In this document: positions 36,071 through 50,122 of the stretch, piece by piece
Layout of the letters: every line of letters starts with the position of its first letter
How positions within the stretch are numbered: the stretch's first letter is position 1
Origin: Squalus acanthias
Taxonomy: Eukaryota
NCBI GenBank assembly: GCA_030390025.1
Contig: CM059431.1
Coordinates: forward strand, 105,526,001-105,590,000
Length of the DNA stretch: 64,000 nucleotides
Direction of reading: 5' to 3'
The notes under the pieces: generated by a model
Told to the model about the DNA's origin: nothing
The model's database searches: none
The model's input: only the letters and a program-made list of their open reading frames with translations
Translations under genes and position numbers: made by a program

Positions 36071-36528
36071 GAAAGAAAGACTTGCATTTATATAGCGCCT
36101 TTCACGACCACCGGACGTCTCAAGGCGCTTTATAGCCAATGAAGTACTGTTGAAGTGTTGTCACTGTTGTAATGTGGGAAACGCGACAGCCAATTTGCAC
36201 ACAGCAAGCTCCCACATACAGCAATGTGATAATGACCAGATAATCTGTTTTTGTTATGTTGGTTGAGGGATAAATATTGGCCAGGACACCAGGGATAACT
36301 CCCCTGCTCTTCTTTGATATATTGTCATGGGATCTTTTATGTCCACCCGAGAGAGCAGACGGGGCCTCGGTTTAACTTCTCATCCGAAAGACAGCACCTC
36401 CGACAGTGCAGCACTCCCTCAGCACTGCACTGGAGTGTCAGCCTAGCTTTATGTGCCCAAGGAGTGGGACTTGAACCCACAACCTTCTGACCCAGAGGCG
36501 AGTGTGCTGCCAACTGAGCCACAGCTGA
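36071..36528 (-). mobile_element. Deu-type SINE, full length
   Basis: Reverse complement of the 12-438 family. Confidence 0.9.
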
Positions 36529-37502
36529 TATTTAGCTGCGCAAACAGCGCTTATGTATGTACCACAGGAGAGTGCATCTTTCCAAGAATTGGCCGGAAGG
36601 GCGTTAGGCAAACCAAGGAGTCTTAAGCAGTCAGCACTGGAAATAAGCCTGGACAGAAGTTTAATGTGTATAAATGTGATATTTTCCATCTTTTAAATTA
36701 ACAGGAGAGAGAGAGAGAGAGAGAGAAAGAGTCAACACATCCTCTGTGTCCTCCTGTAAGCAGTTTACTATGATCAAGATTAATTGTTAGGCTTAGGATA
36801 TGCTAAATCAATACAGCAAGGAGTAAAATATAAGGATTTCTGTTCATAACGGACACAGTCTGCTTACAGACACTATTGTCAATTCATTAGATAAAGCTGA
36901 AACAAAACACCTGGGATAACAGCACTGGGACGACAGGCCCAGTTTCAGCACGCACGTTATTTACAGCACCGGAAGTTCTATCTGACCATCAGAAGTTTTT
37001 TTTTTATCTTCAGATTGCATCAACATAATTTTAGAGGCGCAAATTACAAGGCTTCTTTCTGAAGCTTTCCTTCATTACTCACTTCTTATTTATCATTCAT
37101 CAGTCAGCTCAGTAAAACATTAATGCTTCTGCAACAGTTCTGTACCAACTGATGGCTCTCGAGGGATGAAATGATTGATCCTTTATTAGGCCGTAGTACT
37201 TTGATAACAGATTTGTGTAATCAAAATATGCTGTAAACCACGATGGAATACAACTTAAAGAACCGTTAAAGCAGACCACAAACGCTTAATCGAGCAAAGA
37301 GACCATTAGCTCATGAAATTTCTAATCAAATATAACGATGATAAGTGAGCTATAAAACACTTGGGTTAGAGATGGCAAGCTGGATCTAAAGCAAGTTAAA
37401 GGCTTCAGTGTTGCCACAGGTGAAAAGGGAAAATCCAACTGTAGATAGGAGTGTTCAGTGTGAAACTGGATGTGGTGGTCAGCCTATTTTTAAGGTTTTA
37501 GT

Positions 37503-37958
37503 GGGAAAAATTTGTTAGCGACCATTTTGGGGCGCTAACATCGCCTGGGTGCTAGATTTAGCGGCCGGTGAAAAATAGCACCGGCGATCGCGAACTTCAG
37601 TTTTAGCGCCCCAAGAGGGAGGGGGAGCGCTAATTCAAGCGATCCACTTCCTTCTTAGAGCGCTAACCCCGAATATCGGGGCGGTGCGTTCTGCAGCGCT
37701 ACGCACTGGGCCACGTAGTGCTGCCACATGGAAGGGCTCCTCCCCTCATTAAAGGGGAGGGCCCAAGCCCACAACTCTGCGGGGCCCTACCTGGACCACC
37801 GGGGAGCGGGGTGCCGTGCCAGCAGCCCGGCACACAAGAGAAGTGCGGGGCTGCTAGATCGCGACACGGACCCCGCGTTCAAAGACGCAACGGACCATGA
37901 CAAGTAAGTCGGACAATTTTTTTTCCCCACCCACCACCTTCCCTTTAGTTAGCGCCCC
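37503..37958. mobile_element. GC-rich Harbinger-type MITE remnant (family of 61537-62433)
   Basis: ccattttggggcgc and repeated tagcgc/gcgcta motifs shared with the left arm at 61537. Confidence 0.65.
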
Positions 37959-37963
37959 AGTTC

Positions 37964-39635
37964 GATACAAGTTTAACATAACTTCACTACTTTTTATTTC
38001 TATCCCTCTAGAAATAAACACTAGTGCTTGGTTTGCTTTTTTATGGCCTTGTTAACCTGTGTTGCTACTTTTAGTGATTTGTGTATTTGTGCTCCCAGAT
38101 CTCTTTGTTCCGCTAACCCATTTAGAATCTAATTTTCCAAGTAATATGTGACCTCCTTATTTTTCTTACCAAAATGTAATACCTCAGACTATCTATGCTG
38201 AAATTAATTTGCCAATTATATGCCCATTCTGCAAGTTTATTAATGTCTTCTTGTAATTTGTTGCAGTCCTCCTTAGTATTGACTAACCGCCCCCCCCTCC
38301 CCCAATTAGGTGTCGTCCCCAAATTTAGTAATTGTGTTTAGCATTCCAAACTCTAACTTGTTAACATAAATTGTGAACAGTGGTCCCAGCACTGATCCTT
38401 GTGGGACCCCACTTCCCACCTTCTGCCACTCTGAATAGCTACCCTCTGCCTTCTGTCATCTAGCCAGCTAGCTATCCATTCTGCTACTTGTCCTGACTCT
38501 GCATGCTCCCACCTTATTCATTAGTCTATTATGTGGCACCTTATTGAAGGCTTTTGGAAAGCTAGATAAATTACATCTACTACATTACCCTTGTCTACTC
38601 GCTCTTTTTTTTCCTTGAAAGAACTCAATAAGGTTGGTCAAGCAAGACTTTCCCTTTTGAGTTTCCTAAGTCCTTTGCACCAGTTTGAAAAACTTCTCGC
38701 TCGAAGCAGGCCCTGCCCCCAGGGTGAATTAATCACCATTGGGAGTTTCCGTTAATTGCACTCATTTACGGGCCTTGGAGGAGGCTCCAAAAATTAAACT
38801 GGTTCTTTTGGGCGCAAGAACACTAATAGGTACGTTTTGAAAGTTTTTTTTTAAATTCACTTAAGGAACTGACTACTGTACCCCAATATAACTAGAGAGT
38901 AGTTTTGTACATTTTATAAAAAGCAATTTCAGTCATTTAAAATCGGGTTACTCACAGGTGGTGGATTGATACTAATTTAAAATGCTTATTTTTTTTGTGA
39001 TAAACCCATTTTCAGCTGTATTGATCAAACTTTGCCAAGTTACCACTCTTAAATATGTCAAGGAGTATTTTTTAAAGCAAAATTTTTGTTTTAAATTACA
39101 TTTTAAAACACTACCCGATTGCGCTGGTTCATGGCAGGTTTTGCGTTCAGGGATATGCAAATGAGTTTGCGCTGAAAATCGAGGAAGAAACACTTTTAAA
39201 AATGGACACAATTTGCGCCGGAATTGTCGATTATGCCCAAAGCGGAAACTCCACCCCTAGATGTTTTTCTATTTTCTCCTTTAGTATGGATTCCATTATC
39301 TTTCCTACCACCGATGTTAAGCTGACTGGTCTATATGTTCTATCTCCCTTCTTAAATATAAGTATAACGTTAGCTATCCGCCAGTCCTCTGGCACTACAC
39401 CTTTTTCTGACGAATTATTAATTGTGTGTAAATGTGCCTCTGCTATCTCTTCCCTAACTTCTTTTAAAATGCGCAGATGCAATCCATCCGGACCAGGGGT
39501 ATTATCCTCTTTGTGTTTGATTAGTTTATTTAATATTTCTCCTCTTTTTATTTTAAATGTCATTATATCATTTCTAATCTCATCTTCCGATGTCATGTCC
39601 ACCTGAACCGTCTCCCTGGTAAATACGTGAAATAA
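37964..39635 (-). mobile_element. CR1 RT fragment interrupted by a family A element (38680-39258)
   Basis: PGPDGLHLRILKE...[17 protein letters not shown] at 39270-39600; LQEDINKLAEW near 38250. Confidence 0.9.
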
Positions 39636-40944
39636 ATGTTGAGCACCTTGTTGACTTTTGTCCAAACGCTTCCCCTCCTCTTGATAACTCCACCTGGGGT
39701 CACTGGCAAAATTTGGGCTTTCCTTCATCCATCAGTTTCTCAGACTGTAAAATGATTTATTTCCCAGCTCAAAAGATGAGAAGAAGGACATGTTGCCAAA
39801 TGGGTGGAAGAAGGTAATTGGGTCAGTTTTCAAAACAACAGCCCACCTCCCAGGTGTCCAATTTTATAATGCCAGCAGAGACAAGGACAGGTGGAGGTAG
39901 CCCTTATTCCTGCAGGTCCTGCAGAGTCCATCAGCCATGGCCAGATTTCTATTGTCAGTGAGGCACAACTCTAACCATGGATTCAAACTGCATTTAGTGC
40001 CAGATATTTTAGTTGGCCTCCCTCTGCAATCTTGCTCCACCTTGTGCCCCCTCCCATCCTATGACCCTGGACTGCTAATTTGCTCTCCTCCCTCTGTTTC
40101 GGCATCAGAAGCAGAACCTACCGCCATTTCAATTCTACTTACTGGACCTCCCTCTTTACATCTCTCTCTGCCTTTAAAAGCCCCCAGAAAATAGATCTGT
40201 TCAACCAAGTCTTCAATCCATTCCATTCCTTTCTTCCTCTGTGAAGTGCCCGATGAAGCACAGATAGATTTAGTAATTTGCTGCAATTATATATATTCAA
40301 CCTACCCAAGCTGTGATTTGTTTTATCAACATAAATTAAATATTTAATAAGGATAGCAATCACGGAATTTGGGTCAAGCACACTGCTCTTTTTCCTTTGG
40401 TACCTGGCTGCGATGAAAGTCACCTTTCTCCTGTCTCTAAAATTCTTCAAGTGAAATGAGTTTGTACAATCTCAACCCAGTTGCCAGAAAGGATGAGGCT
40501 AGAGCACCAAATTGTCCGTAAATCACTAAATTATCAACCTCAGGAAAAAATACTACAGGAATGGCTGCTCTGGAAAATGGAAACATTGCATTCGTGCAGT
40601 AGCAGGCTTTACTCCCGAGGCTGGGGTTAAGGTATATTGTTGGGGTTAAAAGGAAGGCGTTTGTTCTGCAGCTTGCTGTGTTATATCTGGCCTGGGAACA
40701 ACCGATGCCGATATTGAGTGCCCAGAAAACGGAAGCAGGTTACAAGTTAGTACTGACATCCCTAATTCACAAGTACACTTTATCCCTTAGAATGAACATC
40801 ATTCATCTATTCTGAAGGGATTTTTATAGAATAGAATTTGATTTAACAAAACCAGCTTGTAGTATCAGTACAGAAGATTCCTGGAATTACCTCACGCCAG
40901 AGAAGGCTAACTACTTCAGCATGTAAGATAGACACCACTATATC

Positions 40945-42160
40945 CTATAGGGAATTCACAAGGAATTTCTTTACCCAGAGAGTGGTCCCCTGCTTTTTGT
41001 GGTGTGTATCAATGATTTAGACTTCAATATAGGGAGGGAGCATGATTAAGAAGTTTGCAGATGATACAAAAATTGGCCATGTGGTTGATGGTGAGGAAGA
41101 AAGCTGTAGGCTGCAGGAAGAAGATAGCAATGGACTGGTCAGGTGGCCAGAAAAGTGGCAAATGGACTTCAATCCAGAGAAGTGTGAGGTAATGAATTTG
41201 AGGAGGGCTAACAAGGCAAGAGAATACACAATAAATGGGAGGATACTGAGAAATGTGGAGGAACAGAGGGACCTTGGAGTGCATGTCCACAGATCCCTGA
41301 AGGTAGCAGGACATGTGAATAAGGTGGTTAAGGAGGCTAACAGGATACTTTACTTTATTAGCTGAGGCATAGAATATAAGAGCAGAGAGGTTATGCTAGA
41401 ACTGTATAAAACACTAGTTAGGCCACAGCTAGAGTACTGCGTGCAGTTCAGGTCACCACATTGCAGGAAAGATATGATTGACTAGAGAGGGTACAGAGGA
41501 GATTTACGAGGATGTTGCCAGGACTGGAGAATTTTAGCTATGAGCAAAGATTGGATAGGCTGGGGTTGTTTTCTTTGGAACAGAGGAGGCAGAGGGGAGA
41601 CCTGATTGAGTTGTATAAAATTATGAGGAGCCTAGATAGAGTGGATAGGAAGGACCTATTTCCCTACATAGAGGCCAATAACCAGGGGTCATAGATTTAA
41701 AATTATTGGTAGAAGGATTAGAGGGGAGTTGAAGAGAATTTTTTTTCACCCAGAGGGTGGTCTGGAACTCACTGCCTGAAAGGGTGGTAGAGGCAGAAAC
41801 CCTCATCACATTTAAGAAGTATGTGGATATGCACTTGAAATGCCGTAACCTACAGGGCTATGGACCAAGAGCTAGAAAGTGGGATTAGGCTGGATAGCAC
41901 TTTTTTAGCTGGCACAGACACGATGGGCTGAATGGCCTCCTTCTGTGCCGTAAATCTCTATGATTCTATCAACGTGGAGCTCACTACCACATGGAGTAGT
42001 TGAGGCGAATAGTATAGATGCATTTAAGGGGAAGCTAGAGGGAGAAAGGAATCGAAGGATATGTTGCTAGGGTTAGATGAAGTAGGGTAGGAGGAGGCTC
42101 CTGTGGAGCAGAAAAACCGGCATGGACCAGTTGGGCTGAATGTAAATTCTGTATAATTTA
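40945..42160 (+). mobile_element. CR1 RT 3' fragment (40985-41970) nested in another CR1 3' end
   Basis: KFADDTKIG and RDLGVHVHRSLK; host sequence resumes near 41975. Confidence 0.9.
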
Positions 42161-42423
42161 TATACATTACAAAACATTATATTTTTACCACTTCCTTTCT
42201 GTCACACTTCAGGCAAACACTTTGTTGACTGCTGCCCGTTATATTTGAGACAATCAAAACTGAGGAGTTGGCAACATGTGAACCAAAAGCGAGGAAAGTG
42301 CTTTGAAAACTACCAGTGCGAAACTAGTAAGGATTTAATAAAAAACACCAATTCTGAATGGCTATTCAGGAGCACCTAATCGTAAAAGAAAGGAGTTGGC
42401 AAACTAATCAAGTCAAACAATTT

Positions 42424-42825
42424 GTGCTCAAATCCCCACTCCAGAGCTTTGAGCACAAAAATCTAGGCTGACACTCTAGTGCAGTGCTGAGGGAGTGCTG
42501 CACTGTCGGAGGTGCCGTCTTTCGGATGAGACGTTAAATCGAGGCCTCGTCTGCTCTCAGGTGGACGAACAAGATCCTATGGCACTATTTCGAAAAAGAG
42601 CAGGGGAGTTCTCCCCAGTGTCCTGCCCAATATTTATCCCTCAATCAACATCGCCAAAACAGTCTGGTCATTATTACATTGCTGTTTGTGGGAGCTTGCT
42701 GTGCGCAAATTGGCTGCCGCGTTGCCTACATTACAACAGTGACTACACTTCAAAAGTAAGTCATTAGCTGTAAAGCGCTTTGGAACATCCTGAGGTCGTG
42801 AAAGGCGCTGGAGAAATGCAAGCCT
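42424..42825 (+). mobile_element. Deu-type SINE, 5' truncated
   Basis: Matches 60-430. Confidence 0.85.
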
Positions 42826-43368
42826 CTCTCTCTCTCAATCAAATTGCTCAAAATATTTTTTGACAATCGTTTCTTGAGGTCTCACTGGGTGAACTACTTT
42901 CTAAGAAAGAGAGAACTGGTACTCAGATAGCATCTCATCACATCTTCAGCGTGTCCCAAGATGTGTCACAGCCAATTAATTACTTTTGAAGTTAAGTTGG
43001 AAAATACAACAGCCAAGTTGCAAATAGCAAGATGCCACAAACAGCAAATGAGATGAAATGACCAATTTATCTGTTGAGGGAGAAATGAGATTTTGTCTCC
43101 TCCTCAGCTTTCAAAATAAAGTTTCTAGCATAATGAAATTAGACATTTCACAACAGCATAACGCTACTTACCCATTTTTGTTTCAGGGCCACAATGAGCT
43201 TCTGCACAGCTTGTGCACAAGGTGCCCAGGGATTTTTGTGCTTGGCCAGTCGCATTTCGGTGCTTTCTCCACTTCAGATGCTCCGTCTGGCCTCTGCACC
43301 CGATAACTGGAAAAGGTGCCCGCCATCAAAAGTATTGGCCCCAGTGTGTGAGTAAAGGAGAGAGAGTG

Positions 43369-43371
<3 letters not shown>

Positions 43372-43407
<36 letters not shown>
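43372..43407. repeat. (GA)n microsatellite
   Basis: Seen directly. Confidence 0.95.
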
Positions 43408-43413
<6 letters not shown>

Positions 43414-43964
43414 ATGTGTGTGTGAAAAAACAGACATGTTACGAATGAAGTTTACAGCAGGCCATTCAGCCCATCGTGTCAGTGCAGGGTCTTTGCTGGA
43501 TCAACTCAGAACTAAGACCACTGCCCTGGTCTTTCCCCATAGACTTGTAGCTTCCTCGACTTCTAATATTTATCCAATTTTCCTTTAAAAGAGGCAAAGG
43601 TCTCCGTTTCAACCTCTCCTGGAGGCAAAGTCTTCCACAACCCATAAAAATGTGTCCTAACCTCTCTCCTCACTTGCAGCAATAATTTTACATTGATGGC
43701 CCCTCATCACTGATGCCCCCACAAAAGGAAATGGTCTTTTCCTATTCATTCTTCATAATTTTTTTTTCCAAAATGTCTAATGCATCTCATGTTAGCTTTC
43801 TCTGCTCCAATGGAACTAGCCACTTATGACTATACTTTCCCATTCCTGGCATCTTCCTGGTGAATCGATGTTGTAAAGCTGCCTTTCGCTTTAATGTGTT
43901 TTCTACAATGGGGTGCTCAAAAGTGGACACAGTATTCTGTGGCCTGAACAATGTTTTGTATAAA

Positions 43965-45475
43965 GGAAACTAAATCAGGAACAGAGACTCAATAAAATTA
44001 ATGTAAGTAAAATAACAGTAATGAAGAAAATAATGGCACTAAAGAGTGACAAATCCCCAGGAGCAGATGGTTTCCATCCCTGGGATTTAAAGGAAGTAGG
44101 GGAGTATATTGCAGATGCCCCAACTATAATCTTCCAAAGTTCTCTAGATTCAGGAACTGTTCCTTTAGATTGGAAAATTGCGCACGTCACTCCGGTATTT
44201 AAAAATGGTGAGAGGGGGAAACCAGGGAATTATAGACCAGTTAGCCTAACATCTGTTGTCAGGAAATTGCTAGAGTCTATAATTAAGGATAGGGTGACTG
44301 AACACCTCAAACATTTTCAGTTGATCAGAGAGAGCCAGCATGGATTTGTGAAAGGTAGGTCATGCCTGACAAACCTGATTGAATTTTTTGAAGAGGTGAC
44401 TAAAGTATTGGACAGGGAAATGTCTTTGGATGTTAACTTCCAGAAGGCATTTGATAAAGTCCCTCATAAGAGTCTGTTAGCTAAGGTAGAAGCCCATGGA
44501 ATTGAGGGCAAATTATTGACCTGGTTAGGAAATTGGCTGAGCGGCAGGAGACAGGTAGTAGGGATAATGTGCAGGTACTCAAATTGGAAGGAGGTGACTA
44601 GTGGTGTCCCGCAGGGATCTGTGTTGGGGCCTCAACTATTCACAGTATTTATTAACGACTTAGATGATGGCATAGAAAGTCATATATCCAAATTTGCCGA
44701 TGAGACAAAGATAGGTGGAATTGTAGACAGTGAAGATGGAAGCATAAAATTACAAAAGGGATATCGACAGATTAAGTGAATGGGCAAAACTGTGGTAAAT
44801 GGATTTCAATGTAAGCAAATGTGAGGTCATCCACTTTGGACCTAAAAAGGATAGAACAGGGTATTTTCTAAATGGTGAAAGGCTAAAAACAGTGGCGGTC
44901 CAAAGAGACTTGGGGGTTCAGGTACATAGATCATTAAAATGTCATGAACAGGTACAGAAAATAATCAAAAAGGCTAATGGGATGCTGGCCTTTATATCTA
45001 GAGGACTAGAATACAAGGGGGTAGAAGTTATGCTGCAGCTGTACAAAACCCTGGTTAGACCACACCTGGAGTACTGTGAGCAGTTCTGGGCACCACACCT
45101 TAGGAAGGACATATTGGCCTTGGAGGGAGTGCAGCGTAGGTTTACCAGAATGATACCCGGAGTTCAGTGTTTAAGTTACGAGGAGAGATTACACAAATTA
45201 GGGTTGCATTCCCTAGAATTTAGAAGGTTAAGGGGTGATCTGACCGAAGTTTTCAAGATATTCAGGGGAACAGATAGGGTAGATAGACAGAAACTATTTC
45301 CACTGGTTGCGGATTCTAGGACTAGGGGGCATAGTATAAAAATTAGAGCCAGACCTTACAGGAGTGAAATTAGGAAACACTTCTATACACAAAGGGTGGT
45401 AGAAGTTAGGAACTCTCTTCCGCAAATGGCAATTGATGCAAGATCAATTGTTAATTTTAAATCTGAGATTGATAG
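43965..45475 (+). mobile_element. Longest CR1 fragment: most of the RT domain, disrupted
   Basis: ORFs 44021-44779 and 44799-45515 with [32 protein letters not shown] and FADET. Confidence 0.95.
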
Positions 45476-46697
45476 AGGAGACGGTGCTGGCCATTCTTGG
45501 CAGGGGCATGGCTGAGCCCTTGGCCAGCGGCGGGGCTGAAAAGATACAAAATGCCGTTATTCTCCTTCTCACGTGCAACTCTTGCTCTCCCACCCTCCCA
45601 TCACCACAACTCCACCCTTGTTCCTCCCTCATTTCACACACCCAAGAAATGCAGCCTGCCCAGCCAGTGGGTGACCAAGAAGATGGAGAGGAGAAAGAAG
45701 AAACACAATCACTTAATTTCACACTCCCAGCCACCAGCTCCTCAAGGTCGACCAGCAAGGCAATTTGCAGTGACCCCAACTGAAAGTCAGCAGCCTTCCA
45801 CCAGCCATGTTGCAGCCACTGGGGTAGCACTGCGTGACATCAGTAGGATAGGCAAAGGCACACACAAGACACTCACGAAGAGAATGCATAAGGGTGATTA
45901 GTTGATTTCTTGATGTCATATTAGATGGATAAATGTATAAATTTGGATTGGAAAGTTTGCTTTGGTGGCTTTTATTTCAGCATTGTGGCCAAGTGGACAC
46001 TGTGATGCTTAGTAACAGAGGGAAGGTAAGGTGTGGGGCAAATACTGAAAGGGGAATTGGGGTTGTGGTCACTGGTACCGCAGGTGGATAATTCCATCCC
46101 AGATATCCCGGCCTGTGAGGGGCTGTATGGGTTGCATCCTTCTTTCTGCTTCCTCCTCTTCTGCGTCTTTCGCTTTTGCGTCTTCCTCTTCCCTTGGTGA
46201 GTGGATGCTGTAAATTTGAAATAAAAGCAGAAAATGCCGGAAATACTCAGCAGGTCAGGCAACATCTCGACCTGAGACGTGAACCCTGTTTCTCTCTCCA
46301 CGGATGCTGCCTGACCTGCTGAGTATTTCCAGCATGTTGTGTCTTCTCAGAGGCCTTCCTTTACCATCCAAGCCCTTGCAAGCATCCAGCAGCACTCCCT
46401 TCACACTTCAAAAACTTTTAACATGTATTGTACCAAGCCACGACTTCAATAAAATAAAAAAAAATCCAGTCCAAAAAGCTTAAATGCAAACTTACCTGAA
46501 AGATGTGTGTGTCCCTTTAAGATGTGCTGACAGCACATCGACTGACGTCACGCTCTCAATATTTGCATCTCCATGCCCTCATCCAAAATGGCGGCTGCCG
46601 AGTCCCACACCAGAGTAGGACGTTAGAGTGGCGGCTGCCATTTTTCGCCAGGATTGTGGCGCTAACTCGTGGCGACAAGATAGGGAATTTCTCGGCC
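45476..46697. mobile_element. Harbinger deletion derivative: Myb-gene remnant (+), transposase termini (-), right TIR
   Basis: EETVLAILG on plus; acidic tail EEEEAERR...GRDIWDGIIHLRYQ* on minus at 46070-46200; end gggaatttctcggcc. Confidence 0.65.
46203..46340. repeat. Short palindromic Penelope-associated repeat
   Basis: ggaaatactcagcaggtcaggca / tgcctgacctgctgagtatttcc. Confidence 0.8.
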
Positions 46698-47109
46698 GGT
46701 GTGTCTGAGCCCCTATGCCTCTCTGATCGTCCGCATCTTTCACTATCTTTCTATTAAACGTATATTCTCATTCCTTGCTTCTTTTTTCTCCTAAAATATT
46801 TAACCTCACACTTCTCCCGAATAACCTGCAGCTGCCATCTGCCTGCCCATTCCACAAACAAAAGTGGATCCAGTAGTGTCTTGTGATACACCATTTCCAA
46901 ACCTTCTCCAGTCCAGAAGAAGCGATGTCAGGGACGGGGCCAACATGGCACCGTATTCAACTGCGGATGAGGTTTGGAGAAAATGCGGGATGGGGGCGGC
47001 GTTTGTGACTTCAGACAGCTAAACCCCGGCCTACACCTTGGGGAGCAGTATCCCCGAGAGAAGCAGAGGGCGAGGATGAGGAAAGTGACTGGGTGAATGG
47101 GAGGACCGT

Positions 47110-47988
47110 GGCCGCGATTTTATCAGCACTGAGAGGGCGTGTTTGGAAGCGGGTCAAGGGTTAAAATCGTTTTGATTGACGGCGGGTTCCAATCCCACCA
47201 TCAAACCTCCTCCAAACAATTTTCCCCCAAGTGTCGGGTCCCCGATTTGCGCATGGACCCGACACCTAGCGCCGGGAAGAGGATTAAAGCCAATTACCTT
47301 CCTGTTAACAGGTACTTGATAGCAGTTGACAGGCTCCTTTTCAATTTTGCCGCTTCTGCCTTGGGTTTCCCGACATCCAGACACCACGCCAGGTAACTGT
47401 GGTGTGTTCTGAGTCTGCTGTAATGTTTCTGCATTGATGACAGCTGCAGAAGTGGTGTGAAGGATCCAATGGTGCACTGGTGAGTTTCAGAGGTAAGAAA
47501 ATATTGGGAAAATCATTTTTAATGCATTTACACTTTTCTGTAGGTAACAAGTTTTGAAATCGATGTCTAGTTCCACCTCATTGGGAGAACCTCTCTCACC
47601 AGTGACAGATCGCTTCTGTCACCTCACCTGCAGCTGCCATCTATTCCAGCATATGGAGGGAGTCATTGGAGAGCCTGGGAGCAAGAGCTCACCTTTATAC
47701 ATTGATTGTCAACGTTTGCAACACCTCAATGCTGTCAAACACTGAGAAACCAGCTGTCAAAAAAAAAAGTGCGCGTGCTCCCTTTAAGAAAACCGGCAGA
47801 TGGCACGTCATCAAATGACATCATCTGACCGGCATCCTCTTAATTGGTCGGCAAGCCCGCAGGGTGGGCTTAACAAGGTCAATCAACGTAACATCATGTC
47901 CGTGGGCCGGATGCAGTTGGGGGCGGGATTGGAAGCCGGAAACCACCTGACCCGCACCCAACCCGCATCCAATGACAAAATCACGGCC
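47110..47988. mobile_element. Non-autonomous Harbinger element (879 bp)
   Basis: TIR ggccgcgatttt / aaaatcacggcc; TSD CGT; both ends are colinear with 54356-56145. Confidence 0.85.
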
Positions 47989-48727
47989 CGTGTCTCTGGA
48001 ACAGTATGTAAACCACCCCTTTCTCTCAGCAGGTCTAATTGTTCTGAAGAACAGACCAATTGGATAAAGGAAATGCAGTAGATGTAATGTGTATGGATTT
48101 TCAGAAGACAGTTGATCAACTGAGTTGCTTTCACTTTGACTTATGACTGCCTCGAAACTTTTCAGATTCCCCAAAGCCAAACGTGAAGTCCACATTTGCT
48201 TCAGACACACATCCTTGCTTAGTAACTGTGATTAGAGAGTTGACCTGGCCTCAGTTATAGGTCATGGAATCTCTGACATGACACGAAAGGCAAACTTGAT
48301 TCAGAATGACAATTTTTCCTGATTATTGATTAGAAATTAACCTTTAAAATGGACCACAAACAATCTATAAATCTAGTGCAAAGTCCATTAACTTACTAAA
48401 TTTGTAATCAGGTAATCCATTTCTTTTCAAACACAGGTAAATATATCATGCATTGACCAAGATCTTAAAATGCTTCAGCTATTGCAAGCATTTTATTAGT
48501 TAAATAAATAGACTTGGGAAACCATGAAAGCATTGCTTCCCTCAACTTTTTCAATATGATGGTGATCTCATTGACACAAGTTTAAAAAATAATCATACTT
48601 TATACAAAGAAACATTAATTCCATATATAATTGAATCTAATGAATAACTTTATTGAACAGAATTCTGATAAAAGGCTTTAAGGCTTCCCCTCTCAGGCCC
48701 GAATTAAAATTATAGTCGGGTCTCAAT

Positions 48728-48906
48728 CAATGTTCCCTCTAATTTGATTTTTGTTTCATGCGCGGTCTCTTTAAAATGCTGCCTTGGCCCATTCAAATTT
48801 TGTGCACGCGTATTTTTTTTTACAAAGGAAAAGCCAGTGAGCGGCCTGCGCGGGACCTCACGGACACTGCGCATCCGTGCGGCCGCGCATCTTCAAAGGA
48901 ACATTG
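48728..48906. mobile_element. hAT-superfamily MITE (179 bp)
   Basis: TIR caatgttcc / ggaacattg; perfect 8-bp TSD GTCTCAAT. Confidence 0.9.
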
Positions 48907-48978
48907 GTCTCAATGATGTCATCGGGCCGCAACGCACAGATGTAAAGAAGGACCCTGTTGGCTCCGGGTGCGTGGTCC

Positions 48979-50122
48979 TGTGAAGGAATAAGCCACATAA
49001 CTTATTCAGAAAAATACACTATCTTTTGAAAGAATTCTGGCCTTATTAAAACATGACAAACTGGGTTTGGAAATCTAGAAACCGAACTATGAAAAAGCTG
49101 TGAAAGCATTCTGACTATAGAGATAAGATAGTTGTTGACACTGAATCAATAACCTTATTGAAACAGAAGGTTAAAGGCTCCGGCAGGCTGAACCTTTCGG
49201 AATGAAACAATAGTGCACCCTGGACAAGGTGTTCTAATTTACACTTTGCAAAGAAGTACATAAAAGTAAGAAACATCTGCCTTCGTAAAAATGACATCAA
49301 GTAAAAACGCACCTGCCGTAACACCGTTTTTTATGGTAAACTTAGAACATCTAGAGAAGAGACATAATTCTGTAATGCTACCAGCTGAGGTGACTGTAAG
49401 AATTGCAGGGGTCAGCAGAAAAATGACTAGAGATAATTAGCTTACATCAGCAGAAAACCTTAAAGGAAATGCCACTGGAAAAGGGTATAAATATTGAACT
49501 CTCAAATGGGATAGTAGACTCGCTTTAAAGGGGCAAAGCGACTCTTGGCTTCAGAGGTGGCTCTGTAAGTCTCCAACTCTTCATACCTCGGGGATCAAAG
49601 GTATTTGATTTTGGTGGATATCCTGAATAGAACTTTAAGAACTGTAAAACTGTAGCGAAGTTAAGATTTGAGAGTAAGGTTCTCTGATAACAGAATTGTA
49701 AGCTTTCTCTTTTTGGAACTGTTAATGTTGCGATTGACTCACCAACTGTAAATTACTTGTCGGTTCTTTAATAAATCTATATATTTTTAGAATTGTCTCA
49801 CATAAGACTTCTGTATCAAACTCGCAAACTCAATTTCTGAACACTCTTTGGTGAGGAGTTGCAGAATTCTGGGGGAGTTTTACGGACCCTCATAATATCC
49901 GGAACGTTACAGTCTAGCTAAACTTATTAAAAGTGCTATCTGGAGGACAGTAACATTTTCAGGTTGTTCCTTTCCTTTAGGGAGAGATAGTCCGGACCTT
50001 TAGACCCAATTAAGCGTCTTTAGGATTCGGCTACCTCAAACTTTAGTTGAAAGTGAACGTCTGAGGAATATGCCTGATCCGGGGTAGCCCTAAAAGGGCT
50101 AGGACTAGTAATTATCCTTTCA
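48979..50122 (+). mobile_element. Solo LTR (1144 bp, ERV-like)
   Basis: TGTGAAGGA...TCCTTTCA ends; 4-bp TSD GTCC; TATAAA 49486-91; AATAAA 49770-75. Confidence 0.75.

Noticed and set aside
46925..47105. CpG-rich patch with aacATGG
   Set aside because: The ORF is only 25 codons, with no donor or recognisable product
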